DNA of 64,000 nt, from assembly GCA_045539135.1 (NCBI GenBank), contig JAZQET010000061.1, forward strand, positions 1,032-65,031. The letters run 5' to 3'. Origin of the DNA: Eubacteriales bacterium (GTDB taxonomy: Bacteria > Bacillota > Clostridia > Oscillospirales > QAKW01). The notes beneath the pieces were generated by a model, which was not told where the DNA came from, made no database searches, and was given only the letters and a program-made list of their open reading frames with translations. The translations under genes were made by a program, and so were the position numbers. Below are positions 38,288 to 47,322 of the stretch, piece after piece. The first letter of the stretch is position 1; each line of letters begins with the position of its first letter.

Positions 38288-38683
38288 ATGCAAAAAAAGC
38301 AAAAATGGCTCATTGGCATTGGCGCGGCGGTCTTGGTGGTCGTTGCAGCGGTTGCCTTGCTTCTTTGGAAGGGTTTTTCTGCCGACCCCAATGAAGGTAG
38401 CAAAGCAATTACATTTGAGGTGGTGTTAAAGGACGGCTCGTCCACCGAGTTTGACCTTTCCACCGATAAAGAATATTTGGCGGATGCCTTGGTGGAAGAG
38501 GGCTTGGTGGAGTACGCCGCCGACGGGTTTTATACCACCATCAACGGTGTGACCGCCGACTGGAGTGTGGATCAGGGCTGGTGGTGTATTACCAAGGACG
38601 GAGAGATGACTGCGGTGGGAATGAACCAACTGGTCATTGCCGACGGTGATCACTATGAAGCGACCTACACCATCGGTTCTTAA
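38288..38683 (+). CDS. DUF4430 (transcobalamin-like) membrane-anchored protein
   Basis: 131 aa with an N-terminal TM anchor. The domain reads ITFEVVLKDGSSTEFDLSTDKEYLADALVEEGLV...GWWCITKDGEM, as in DUF4430 proteins commonly found behind B12 riboswitches. Confidence 0.75.
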   Translation: MQKKQKWLIGIGAAVLVVVAAVALLLWKGFSADPNEGSKAITFEVVLKDGSSTEFDLSTDKEYLADALVEEGLVEYAADGFYTTINGVTADWSVDQGWWCITKDGEMTAVGMNQLVIADGDHYEATYTIGS

Positions 38684-39182
38684 CCTGCGGGAGCTGGTTG
38701 CCTTGGCGGTGTTTGCCGCCTTGATGGTTGCCTTTCAGGTGGCAATGGCGCCCTTGACCAACATCGAAGTGGTGACCCTCTTGATCATTCTGGCAACGGT
38801 ACGGCTTGGATGGAAGTCCATGCTTTCCGTGGCGGTGTTTGTGGTTTTGGAGGGGTTGATCTACGGGTTTCATATCTGGTGGATCAACTATTGCTATGTC
38901 TGGCCGCTTTTGGTGGTGATGGTGATGGCCTTGCGCCGCTGGAGCCACCCCCTTTTATGGACGGTGGTGGGCGGTCTTTACGGCCTCTTCTTCGGCACCC
39001 TTTGCTCCCTGCCGTATTTTTTGACCGGCGGATGGGGCGCAGGCTTTGGCTATATTATCAGCGGCATCCCTTATGATCTGGCTCATATGATCGGGAATGT
39101 GGTTTTGATCTTCCTGCTCTATCGGCCTTTGGAAAAGGTCCTGCTGCGGGTGTTGCCGGCGCCAACCGCGCCAACGAAATAA
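38655..39182 (+). CDS. ECF transporter substrate-specific (S) component, probable cobalamin type (CbrT-like)
   Basis: About 175 aa with 5-6 TM helices. ATG 38655 overlaps the upstream gene. Function is inferred from riboswitch context only. Confidence 0.65.
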   Translation: MKRPTPSVLNLRELVALAVFAALMVAFQVAMAPLTNIEVVTLLIILATVRLGWKSMLSVAVFVVLEGLIYGFHIWWINYCYVWPLLVVMVMALRRWSHPLLWTVVGGLYGLFFGTLCSLPYFLTGGWGAGFGYIISGIPYDLAHMIGNVVLIFLLYRPLEKVLLRVLPAPTAPTK

Positions 39183-39203
39183 ATTCCTTGGGGGATTTAT
39201 TTC

Positions 39204-39285
39204 ATTTCACATTCTGCCGCAGGCAGAATATTTCACAAGGCGCAAAGCGCCTTATTTCACATTTTGCGTCAGCAAAATATTTCAC
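39204..39285. repeat. Four ATTTCAC heptamers alternating with three unrelated short hairpins (24-26 bp period)
   Basis: ATTTCAC occurs at 39204, 39230, 39254 and 39279. The hairpins are ATTCTGCC-GCA-GGCAGAAT, AAGGCGC-AAA-GCGCCTT and ATTTTGC-GTCA-GCAAAAT. Confidence 0.8.
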
Positions 39286-39324
39286 TAAAAAAGAGGGATC
39301 AGCCGAAAGGCTGATCCCTCTTTT
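39286..39324. terminator. Bidirectional terminator (ECF S component / MFS gene)
   Basis: AAAAAAGAGGGATCAGCC-GAAA-GGCTGATCCCTCTTTT. The MFS stop codon lies inside the stem. Confidence 0.8.
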
Positions 39325-40408
39325 CATTTTGAAGAGAAGTAAATGCAAGGAGCAAAAGCCCCCCGCCGAGGATGCAAAGGGCGGCGGGGAGTCCCAAGGA
39401 GCGGGAAACAAAGCTCCAAAAAAGGGCACCCACGGGCATCGCCCCCACGGTGACCACCGTATAGAGCCCCATCACCGCGGTGACCTCTTCCTTTTGGGCG
39501 GCTTTGGAGAGGGAGAAGACCGCCAGCGCAAAATACCAAAAATCCAAAATGCCGTAGAGCAGGATGCAAGCCCCTTGCAACCAAAGGTTGGGGAGCAAGG
39601 CAAGGGCGATGTTGAGAGCACCCATTCCCCCCACCAAAAGGGCGGCGGGCGGCGATTTTTTGCATTTGGATTTTAGGAAAAAGCCCAAAAGAGCGCCCGC
39701 GCCCAAAAGACCCATGGCAAGACCGTAGGAGCCGCTGCCCAGCCCCGCCTCCTTCACCAGCGCCACAAAGGTCACATTATAATTGGTGGCAAAAAAGGCG
39801 GTGAGAAAGATGCCCGAAAGGGCGGGAAGCCATCGGCGGAGGATCGGCTTTTTCTGCGCCCCCGCAGAGGGGATCTTCAAAAAGCAAAGAAGAGCAATGG
39901 AGGGGAGAAAGGAACAAAAATTCACCAAAAAGGGCACCGTCGCCCCGAATTTGGCATAGAGGAGTCCTCCCAAAATAGGGCCCGCTCCGCGGGCGGTATA
40001 GGTGACCACCGTTAAGAGGGCGGTGCCCTTGGAAAGGTCGCGGCTCAAGCGGCGAGGCAGGCTTTGATAGATGGGGGTCTGAAAGGCACGCACCACCCCC
40101 CAAAAGGCGCCGAAGAGCAGTAAAAAGGGGAAGGTGATCCATCCCTTCAGGGAAGAAAACCAAAGCACCCCCGAAAGGGCGGCAAGGAGCCCTTCGCTTG
40201 CGATCAGCCACCCTTTTTGGGGGCGGCGATCCAGCCACCGCCCGAAGGGATAGGAAAGGACTGCCACCGGCAGGTAGCAGGCGATCATATAAAAAGCGAG
40301 GCTGTAAAGCCCGCCCGCCTCTTCCGCGGTGACCCAAGAGAGCACCAAGGTCTGCACATAGCCGCCGGTCAGGGAGCAGGCTTGGGCGATCAATAAAAGA
40401 ATAAACAA
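39299..40408 (-). CDS. MFS transporter
   Basis: 369 aa, multi-TM, with a motif-A-like FGRWLDRRPQKG. TTG start with no room for a promoter or RBS (it abuts the trmL terminator), so the start or expression is uncertain. Confidence 0.7.
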   Translation of the reverse strand: MFILLLIAQACSLTGGYVQTLVLSWVTAEEAGGLYSLAFYMIACYLPVAVLSYPFGRWLDRRPQKGWLIASEGLLAALSGVLWFSSLKGWITFPFLLLFGAFWGVVRAFQTPIYQSLPRRLSRDLSKGTALLTVVTYTARGAGPILGGLLYAKFGATVPFLVNFCSFLPSIALLCFLKIPSAGAQKKPILRRWLPALSGIFLTAFFATNYNVTFVALVKEAGLGSGSYGLAMGLLGAGALLGFFLKSKCKKSPPAALLVGGMGALNIALALLPNLWLQGACILLYGILDFWYFALAVFSLSKAAQKEEVTAVMGLYTVVTVGAMPVGALFWSFVSRSLGLPAALCILGGGLLLLAFTSLQNEKRDQPFG

Positions 40409-40456
40409 AATGTCACACTACTTTCGGAAAAATCGATTTGGTAGTAGTGTGACATT
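40409..40456 (-). terminator. Long inverted repeat / terminator after trmL
   Basis: AATGTCACACTACT (40409-40422) and AGTAGTGTGACATT (40443-40456) form 14-bp perfect arms. A T-tract follows on the minus strand. Confidence 0.6.
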
Positions 40457-40475
40457 CTTTGGGTTAATCTATGCG

Positions 40476-40976
40476 TTAATCTATGCGTCCCGTCAGTTCT
40501 CCTTCAAATTTTAAGGAGGGGAAATCCTGCTGGCGCAACGCCTCATAGGCGATGATCGCCACCGAATTGGAAAGGTTTAGGCTGCGGGCATCGGGGATCA
40601 TGGGAATGCGGATGCATTCTTCGGGATGCTGCTTCAAGATCCGCTCGGGCAGACCGCGGGTCTCTCTGCCGAAGATGAAGAAAATCTCCTCCTCGGCGGG
40701 GTAGGAAAGATCACTGTAGGTATGCTTGGCCTTGGTGGTGCAAAAATATTTTTTGCCCACCCCTGCGGTGGCCTTTTCAAAGTCCTCATAGGATTTATGC
40801 ACGGTGAGGTTTAAGTATTTCCAATAATCAAGACCCGCTCTTCGCACCGCTTTTTCATCAATGGAGAAGCCCAAGGGCTCCACCAAGTGTAAAGCACATC
40901 CGGTGGCGGCGCAGGTGCGGGAAATATTGCCGGTGTTTTGAGGGATCTCCGGCTCCACAAGCACAATATGGATCAT
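40476..40976 (-). CDS. trmL: tRNA (cytidine/uridine-2'-O)-methyltransferase TrmL (SpoU family)
   Basis: 166 aa. Starts MIHIVLVEPEIPQNTGNISRTCAATG and contains IPMIPDARSLNLSNSVAI, the SpoU/TrmL motifs. Confidence 0.9.
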   Translation of the reverse strand: MIHIVLVEPEIPQNTGNISRTCAATGCALHLVEPLGFSIDEKAVRRAGLDYWKYLNLTVHKSYEDFEKATAGVGKKYFCTTKAKHTYSDLSYPAEEEIFFIFGRETRGLPERILKQHPEECIRIPMIPDARSLNLSNSVAIIAYEALRQQDFPSLKFEGELTGRID

Positions 40977-41090
40977 ATTCTCAGTCCTTTCATTTTCAAC
41001 ATATTACCATAATAGCAAAATTTTTTCAATCATATAATGAAAAGACGGAAAGCCGTCCATAATAGAAGCAGTACTCGCAGGAGGGTTGAT

Positions 41091-43454
41091 ATGATGGAAC
41101 GATTTTCAAAATTGGCCGCCCACGCGCTGGAGCGGAGTCTTTCGGTGGCGGAGGAGCTGGGGCATACCTATTTGGGCAGTGAACATCTGCTTTTGGGGCT
41201 GATCAAGGAAAGCGACGGGGTGGCGGCGCGAATGCTCATCGGAAAAGGCATCACCGCCGATAAGGTGGAAAAGAGTATCCGCAAGCGGATGGGCACGGGA
41301 AGCCCCACCCTGCTTTCCATTCACGATATGACCCCCCGCTTGGAGAGCGTGATCACCAAAGGGGGGAGCATTGCCCATCGCTTCGGGTTTTCGGTGGTGG
41401 GCACCGATCATCTTTTGATGGCCCTTTGCGAGACCCCCGAAGCGGCAGGTTATAAAATTCTTGCCGAAACAGGCTGTGAGCCCCGCAAGCTGGCAAGCAC
41501 CCTGCAGGAGCGGATGGGTCTTTGCGACCTGCCGCTACAAAATGAAAAAACCAAATCCCGCGGGGGAAAGGCACTTTCCAAATATGCGGTGAACCTGACC
41601 AAAGAAGGGCTTTTCGGCACCGCCCACCCGCTGATCGGGCGGGAGCAGGAGTTGGCACAGCTGATGAGCGTTTTGGTGCGGCGGAATAAAAATAACCCCT
41701 GCCTCATCGGTGAGCCGGGGGTAGGGAAGACGGTGATCGTGGAGGGTCTTGCCCGCAATATTATGCTGGGCGAGGTGCCCGCCGCCCTGCGGGACTTTCA
41801 AATTTATATGCTGGATCTCACCGCCCTGATCGCAGGCACCAAATATCGGGGAGAATTTGAGGAACGGTTAAAAGCCTTGCTGGAGGAGGCGGAAAAAGAC
41901 CCCAATCTGGTGCTGTTTATAGATGAAATGCACATTTTGGTGGGGGCAGGCGCCGCCGAGGGTGCCATTGATGCCGCCAATATTTTGAAGCCTGCCTTGG
42001 CACGGGGAAAGATCAAGGTGATCGGCGCCACCACCTTGGAGGAATACCGCCGCTATATTGAAAAGGACGGCGCCTTGGAGCGGCGGTTTGCCCCCATTCA
42101 GGTGGAGGAGCCCTCCGAGGAGCAGACCCTTGCTATTTTGAAGGGCATTCGGGCGGGGCTGGAGGAGCACCATCGGGTGCGCTACCCCGATGAGACCCTT
42201 TCCGCCGCCATTCGCCTATCCTCCCGCTATATGGGGGATCGGTTTTTGCCCGATAAGGCCATCGACCTGCTGGATGAGGCAGGGGCAAAGGCGCAGTTGC
42301 GCGCCTTTGAAGAGGGGGGAAAGTCCAAGCGAAGCCGTATTTTACAGATGCAGGGGGAGCTGGATCGGCTGATGCGCTCCCGCCAATTCACCGCCGCCTT
42401 GGAGATGAAGGAGGAACTGGATCAGCTGCAGACTTTGAGTGAGCGGGAGGAACCCGCCTCTTCGGGAACGGTGACCCCCGCCGCCATCACCGCCTTGGTG
42501 GCGGAAAAAACAGGGATCCCCTTGGGAGAGGGGGAGGAGGCTATGTACCTGAACCTGCCTGCCCGCCTTTCGAGGCAGTTGATCGGGCAGGAGGAGAGCG
42601 TGCAGACCCTATGCTCCGCCCTTTTGCGCAGCCGCACGGGGGTGGCAGACCCCAACCGCCCCGCCTGCTCCTTTTTGTTCTGCGGACCCACAGGGGTGGG
42701 TAAGACCCGTCTTGCAAGGCTTCTTGCCAAAGAGCTGTTCGGCAAGGAGGAGGCGTTGATCAAATATGATATGGGAGAGTATATGGAGCCCCATTCCGTT
42801 TCCCGCCTGATCGGCTCCCCGCCGGGGTATGTGGGCTTTGAGGAGGGGGGAGGTCTGGTGCGCCGTATGCGGAGCCATCCCTATTCCATTGTGGTGTTTG
42901 ATGAGATCGAAAAGGCTCATAAGGATGTAATGCACATCCTCTTGGGGATTCTGGACGAAGGGCGGTTGACCGACGGGCAAGGGCGCACTGCCGATTTTCG
43001 CAATGCGATTATTATTCTCACCTCCAATTTGGGCAGCGGCAGCTTGGGGGAAAGTCCGTTGGGCTTCGGAGAGTCTTCCGCCGACCTGCAAAAGCAGGTG
43101 AAAAAGGCGGTGGAAAAGGCCTTTTTGCCTGAATTCATCAACCGTTTGGATGAAACGGTGGTCTTTCGCCCCTTAGAGCAGGAGGATCTTACCCGCATTG
43201 CAAAGTTAGAGCTTGAGGAGCTGACCCGCCGCTTGGAAGAAAAGGGAATTTCCGTGACCTTCGCCGAAGAAGTGGCGGCAGTGGCGGCGGAGCGGGGCTT
43301 CGATCGGCGCTACGGTGCCCGCGCGGTGCGCCGCTTGGTGGAAAAGGAGATCGGCGGCACCCTTGCGGCGCGGCTGGCGGAAGGGGCTTTGCCCCAAGGG
43401 GAATGGACAGCGGAAATGCTGTTCCCCGATTGTAAAGTTTTCCAAAAGCGTTGA
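41091..43454 (+). CDS. clpC: Clp/Hsp100 AAA+ ATPase, ClpC-like
   Basis: Clp_N repeats (LGHTYLGSEHLLLGL, VVGTDHLLMAL). NBD1 has GEPGVGKT and NBD2 has GPTGVGKT. ATG 41091 follows GGAGGG. Confidence 0.88.
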   Translation: MMERFSKLAAHALERSLSVAEELGHTYLGSEHLLLGLIKESDGVAARMLIGKGITADKVEKSIRKRMGTGSPTLLSIHDMTPRLESVITKGGSIAHRFGFSVVGTDHLLMALCETPEAAGYKILAETGCEPRKLASTLQERMGLCDLPLQNEKTKSRGGKALSKYAVNLTKEGLFGTAHPLIGREQELAQLMSVLVRRNKNNPCLIGEPGVGKTVIVEGLARNIMLGEVPAALRDFQIYMLDLTALIAGTKYRGEFEERLKALLEEAEKDPNLVLFIDEMHILVGAGAAEGAIDAANILKPALARGKIKVIGATTLEEYRRYIEKDGALERRFAPIQVEEPSEEQTLAILKGIRAGLEEHHRVRYPDETLSAAIRLSSRYMGDRFLPDKAIDLLDEAGAKAQLRAFEEGGKSKRSRILQMQGELDRLMRSRQFTAALEMKEELDQLQTLSEREEPASSGTVTPAAITALVAEKTGIPLGEGEEAMYLNLPARLSRQLIGQEESVQTLCSALLRSRTGVADPNRPACSFLFCGPTGVGKTRLARLLAKELFGKEEALIKYDMGEYMEPHSVSRLIGSPPGYVGFEEGGGLVRRMRSHPYSIVVFDEIEKAHKDVMHILLGILDEGRLTDGQGRTADFRNAIIILTSNLGSGSLGESPLGFGESSADLQKQVKKAVEKAFLPEFINRLDETVVFRPLEQEDLTRIAKLELEELTRRLEEKGISVTFAEEVAAVAAERGFDRRYGARAVRRLVEKEIGGTLAARLAEGALPQGEWTAEMLFPDCKVFQKR

Positions 43455-43479
43455 CTTCCTACCCAAAAATAGGTACAAT
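43451..43479 (+). promoter_or_regulatory. Sigma-A promoter for the MFS/GDPD operon
   Basis: TTGACT (43451-43456), 17 nt, then TACAAT (43474-43479). Confidence 0.6.
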
Positions 43480-43513
43480 GAGACCGTGAGTTTACAATAA
43501 AGGAGCTTATAAA

Positions 43514-44776
43514 ATGAAACTGAATTATAAAAGAACCTTTTTGATCGGCCTTGCGTTTATGGCCATCAGCGCCTTTTGGCAGCTTTACGATAACGCGGTG
43601 CCTTTGATGCTGGAAAAGACCTTCCATGTGGGTGCGGATATCAGCGGCTATATTATGGCCGCCGATAATGTGCTGGCGGTGTTCTTACTGCCCATCTTCG
43701 GTGCCTTTTCCGATCGGGTCAATACCCGCTTCGGCAAGCGGAAGCCTTTCATTATCATCGGCTCCTGCTTGGCGGCGCTGATCATGCTTTTGGTGCCGGT
43801 GGCCAATGCCGCAGGCAATCTGGTGTTTTTTGTGGTGGTGTTGGGTCTGTTGCTGATCGTGATGGGTACCTACCGTTCCCCCGCCGTGGCGCTGATGCCC
43901 GATGTGACCCCCAAGCCCCTGCGCAGTAAGGGCAATGCGGTCATCAATCTGATGGGCTCCTTGGGCGGCATTATGACCTACCTGATCGTCTTTATTTTGA
44001 TCAAGGATAAATCCTTGACCAATTATCCTTATGTTTTTGCCATCATTTCCGGCTTTATGGTGACCTGCGCCGTGGTGCTGGGGCTTACCGTGAACGAGAA
44101 AAAACTGGTGGCGGAGATGCCCCCCGAGCCGGACGAGGTGACCGAGGATGGGGAAGAGAAGCCCATGCCCCGCCCTGTGAAGAAGAGCTTGATCTTCTTA
44201 TTGCTCTCCGTTTCTTTGTGGTTTATGGCTTATAATGCGGTGAGCACCGCCTATTCCCGCTATGTGGACCATGTGTGGGATAAAAACCAAGGGGCAGGCG
44301 CTTTTATGATGATCATTGCCATGCTGGTGGCAACCGCCAGCTTCCTGCCTGTGGGTCAGCTTTCCTCCCGCTTGGGGCGCAAAAAGGTGATCTTGGGCGG
44401 GGTGACCCTCCTTGCCGTTGCCTTTGCGCTGGGCTTTGCCTTCCCCCAATACGGGCTTCACGCCTATCTCATTATGGCCATCATCGGCATCGGCTGGGCG
44501 GCCATCAATGTAAACTCCTATCCCATGGTGGTGGAGATGAGCAAGGGAAGCGATGTGGGGAAATACACAGGACTTTATTATACCTTCTCCATGTCTGCCC
44601 AGATCCTCACACCCATTCTGTCGGGCTATCTCTTTAAGTCCTTCGGCTATGAGGCCATGTTCCCCTATGCTCTGGTCTTTTCGGTGCTGGCATTTATCAC
44701 CATGCTGTTTGTGAAGCACGGCGACAATCGCCCCCAAGCAAGAGGCGGCTTGGAAGCCTTTGATGTTGAGGATTGA
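43514..44776 (+). CDS. MFS transporter (GPH/SLC45-like)
   Basis: 420 aa with 12 TM helices and the motif FGAFSDRVNTRFGKRKPF. Confidence 0.85.
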   Translation: MKLNYKRTFLIGLAFMAISAFWQLYDNAVPLMLEKTFHVGADISGYIMAADNVLAVFLLPIFGAFSDRVNTRFGKRKPFIIIGSCLAALIMLLVPVANAAGNLVFFVVVLGLLLIVMGTYRSPAVALMPDVTPKPLRSKGNAVINLMGSLGGIMTYLIVFILIKDKSLTNYPYVFAIISGFMVTCAVVLGLTVNEKKLVAEMPPEPDEVTEDGEEKPMPRPVKKSLIFLLLSVSLWFMAYNAVSTAYSRYVDHVWDKNQGAGAFMMIIAMLVATASFLPVGQLSSRLGRKKVILGGVTLLAVAFALGFAFPQYGLHAYLIMAIIGIGWAAINVNSYPMVVEMSKGSDVGKYTGLYYTFSMSAQILTPILSGYLFKSFGYEAMFPYALVFSVLAFITMLFVKHGDNRPQARGGLEAFDVED

Positions 44777-44778
44777 GT

Positions 44779-45618
44779 ATGACGGTCATTTGGATTTTTT
44801 TGATACTTGCGGCGGCGGTTTTTGCCCTTTGGGTGTTTATGATCGCCCCGCGCCCCTGTAAAAACCCCTTGATCAAGACCCTGCAAAAGGCGCGGTATGC
44901 CCATCGGGGCTTGCACCATATTAAAGCGGGCGTGCCCGAAAACTCCATGCTTGCCTTCGGGCTTGCGGTGAAGGAGGGTTTGGGGATCGAATTGGATGTC
45001 CACCTGTCCAAGGACGGAAAGCTGGTGGTGGAGCACGATGATACCCTCAACCGTACCGCAGGGGATCCCCGCACCATCGAAAGCAGTAATTGGAGCGACC
45101 TGAAGGGCTTGCGTCTGGAGGGTACCCAAGAGACCCTGCCCCTTTTGGAGGATGTGTTCCGCTTGGTGGAGGGCAAGGTGCCCCTGCTCATCGAGATGAA
45201 AACGGTGGGCGGCAACCAAAAGATCTTGGCGGAAGCGGTGGCAAAGGCCCTTGAGACCTATCAAGGTCCCTATTGCGTGGAAAGCTTCGATCCGCGGGTG
45301 CTGTATTTCTTCGGCAAATGCGCCCCCAAGGTCATTCGGGGGCAGTTGGCGGGGAATGTCTGCAAAGAGGCCTCCAATGTGTCGCCCCTCATTAATTTCT
45401 TGCTGAAAAATTTATTGGTGAATGTGATCTCCCGACCGGACTTTGTGGCGTATAACTATCAGGATCGGGAGAACAGATCCTTCCGCCTGTGCCGCTTTTT
45501 GTTCCGCCCGCCTTTGTTTTTTTGGACGGTGAAATCGGTGGAGGGGGAGAACATCTCCGCCGAAGCCAAGGCGGCACCTATTTTTGAAAGGTTGGACGGT
45601 TGGAATGATACGGTTTAA
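44779..45618 (+). CDS. Membrane-anchored glycerophosphodiester phosphodiesterase family protein
   Basis: N-terminal TM helix. HRGLHH..PENSMLAF..GIELDVHLSKDGKLVVEHDDTLNR are GDPD catalytic motifs. ATG 44779 lies 6 nt after GAGGA. Confidence 0.85.
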   Translation: MTVIWIFLILAAAVFALWVFMIAPRPCKNPLIKTLQKARYAHRGLHHIKAGVPENSMLAFGLAVKEGLGIELDVHLSKDGKLVVEHDDTLNRTAGDPRTIESSNWSDLKGLRLEGTQETLPLLEDVFRLVEGKVPLLIEMKTVGGNQKILAEAVAKALETYQGPYCVESFDPRVLYFFGKCAPKVIRGQLAGNVCKEASNVSPLINFLLKNLLVNVISRPDFVAYNYQDRENRSFRLCRFLFRPPLFFWTVKSVEGENISAEAKAAPIFERLDGWNDTV

Positions 45619-46636
45619 TAACGATTATAATCGGGGTGCTCACCCCGCCATCTTAAAGGCGCTGGAAGCCACCAACAGCGAAAGCTACGGCGGCTACGGC
45701 AAGGATATTTGGTGCGAAAAGGCGGCCGCCGCCATCCAAAAGCACCTGAATGCGCCCCATGCGCAGGTTCATTTCTTGGTGGGCGGTACCCAAGCCAACT
45801 TCACCGTGATCGCAGGGGCGCTGAAGCCCTACCAAAGTGTGATCGCCGCCGAGAGCGGGCACATCCATGTCCATGAGACCGGCGCGGTGGAGCATATCGG
45901 GCATAAAATTCAGGCACTTCCCCAAAAGGACGGAAAGATCACCGCCCTGCAGGTGAAAGAGCAGGCAGAGGCCTACCGCCAAAGCGGGATCCAAGAGCAT
46001 ATTACCCAACCGAAGATGGTGTATCTCTCCTATCCCACCGAGTTGGGCACCCTCTATTCCAAAGAGGAGCTGGAGGCCATCTCCGCCGTTTGCAGGGAAT
46101 ATGGGCTGTACTTATTCATCGACGGCGCCCGCTTGGGCTACGGTCTTGGCGCCGATCCCCAAATGACCCTTGCAGATCTTGCCCGCCTTGCGGATGCCTT
46201 TTATATCGGCGGCACCAAGTGCGGATGCCTGTTTGGAGAAGCGGTGGTGCTGTTGAACCTTGCATTGCAGGAGGATTTTCGCAGTAATATCAAGCAAAAC
46301 GGCGGAATGCTGGCAAAGGGCTGGTTGTTGGGTCTGCAGTTTTATACCCTCTTTCGGGACGGGCTGTATTTCGAGATGACCCGCAAAGCGGTGGAGCAGG
46401 CAACGCGGATCCGCACCGCCTTTTTGGCGCAGGGGATCCCTCTTTATGTGGACAGCCCCACCAATCAGCAGTTTGTGATCCTGACCCAAGCCCAGCAGGA
46501 AGCCTTGGCAGAGCGGTTCACCTTTGAATTTGAGGAGGCTCTGCCCGACGGTCGGGCGGCGGTGCGCTTCTGCACCGCGTGGAGCACCGAAGAGGAAGAA
46601 GTGGATGCCCTTCTTGCCGCCATCAAGACCCTTTGA
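45605..46636 (+). CDS. Threonine aldolase / beta-eliminating lyase family PLP enzyme
   Basis: Starts MIRFNNDYNRGAHPAILKALEATN and contains GGTQANFTVI and FYIGGTKCG (PLP lysine context). Confidence 0.75.
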   Translation: MIRFNNDYNRGAHPAILKALEATNSESYGGYGKDIWCEKAAAAIQKHLNAPHAQVHFLVGGTQANFTVIAGALKPYQSVIAAESGHIHVHETGAVEHIGHKIQALPQKDGKITALQVKEQAEAYRQSGIQEHITQPKMVYLSYPTELGTLYSKEELEAISAVCREYGLYLFIDGARLGYGLGADPQMTLADLARLADAFYIGGTKCGCLFGEAVVLLNLALQEDFRSNIKQNGGMLAKGWLLGLQFYTLFRDGLYFEMTRKAVEQATRIRTAFLAQGIPLYVDSPTNQQFVILTQAQQEALAERFTFEFEEALPDGRAAVRFCTAWSTEEEEVDALLAAIKTL

Positions 46637-46651
46637 AAGGAAGTGTGACCC

Positions 46652-47179
46652 TTGAAAAAGATCGAATATACCATGCTGCCTTGGTGGGATGTGTTAAGCG
46701 CGGGGCGGATCGTGCCCGTGCTGGGATTTCTCTTGGTGGCGTGGTGGCTTTTTGCAAGCCTGTTCAGAAAATATAATTCCTCGGTGCGCCGCGGCACCTT
46801 CTCGGTGATCGATCATACCGTGTGGCCGCTGCTGCTGAATACCGTGGTGTATACCGTGCTGTTTTGGTATTGGGCGGCGCCCATCGCCGCAGGGCTTTCT
46901 TATGTCTTTGAAGCCATCATCCGCAATGAGCAAAAGCGTGCCTTCGAAGAGGAGCGGCTGGGTCGCTTCGGGATGAATCGGGAGATCAAGGATCTGCGGG
47001 GCGAGGCTTTTAATGACCTGCCCATCGAGGAGCAGCTTGCCTATCGGGATCAGGTGCAGCCCTACCGCTTCACTTGGTGGAAGCATATGCTCCTTTGCGT
47101 CATCCTGCCGTTTCTTGTTGTTTTATTGTTGGAACGGTTGGGATTCGGTAACTATTTATTTAAGGTGTATTCCTATTAA
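46652..47179 (+). CDS. Hypothetical membrane protein
   Basis: 175 aa with 3-4 TM helices. I recognise no family. TTG start; an alternative ATG lies at 46673. Confidence 0.55.
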   Translation: MKKIEYTMLPWWDVLSAGRIVPVLGFLLVAWWLFASLFRKYNSSVRRGTFSVIDHTVWPLLLNTVVYTVLFWYWAAPIAAGLSYVFEAIIRNEQKRAFEEERLGRFGMNREIKDLRGEAFNDLPIEEQLAYRDQVQPYRFTWWKHMLLCVILPFLVVLLLERLGFGNYLFKVYSY

Positions 47180-47237
47180 ACAACCGAACGAAAAAAGAGG
47201 CATAGATTTCTGTGCCTCTTTATATTTGAAAAAATGG

Positions 47238-47262
47238 GTTTCACAACATTTTGTTGTGAAAC
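47238..47262. repeat. Solo copy of the array A/B palindrome
   Basis: GTTTCACAACATTTTGTTGTGAAAC is a 25-bp palindrome (11-bp arms) in the intergenic space just before a bidirectional terminator. Confidence 0.9.
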
Positions 47263-47276
47263 AAAAGAACCAAAAA

Positions 47277-47311
47277 GAAAAAAGAGATTGCAAAATTGCA
47301 ATCTCTTTTTT
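47277..47311. terminator. Bidirectional terminator
   Basis: AAAAAAGAGATTGCAA-AA-TTGCAATCTCTTTTTT. Confidence 0.8.
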
Positions 47312-47322
47312 ATTCTGTCGTT

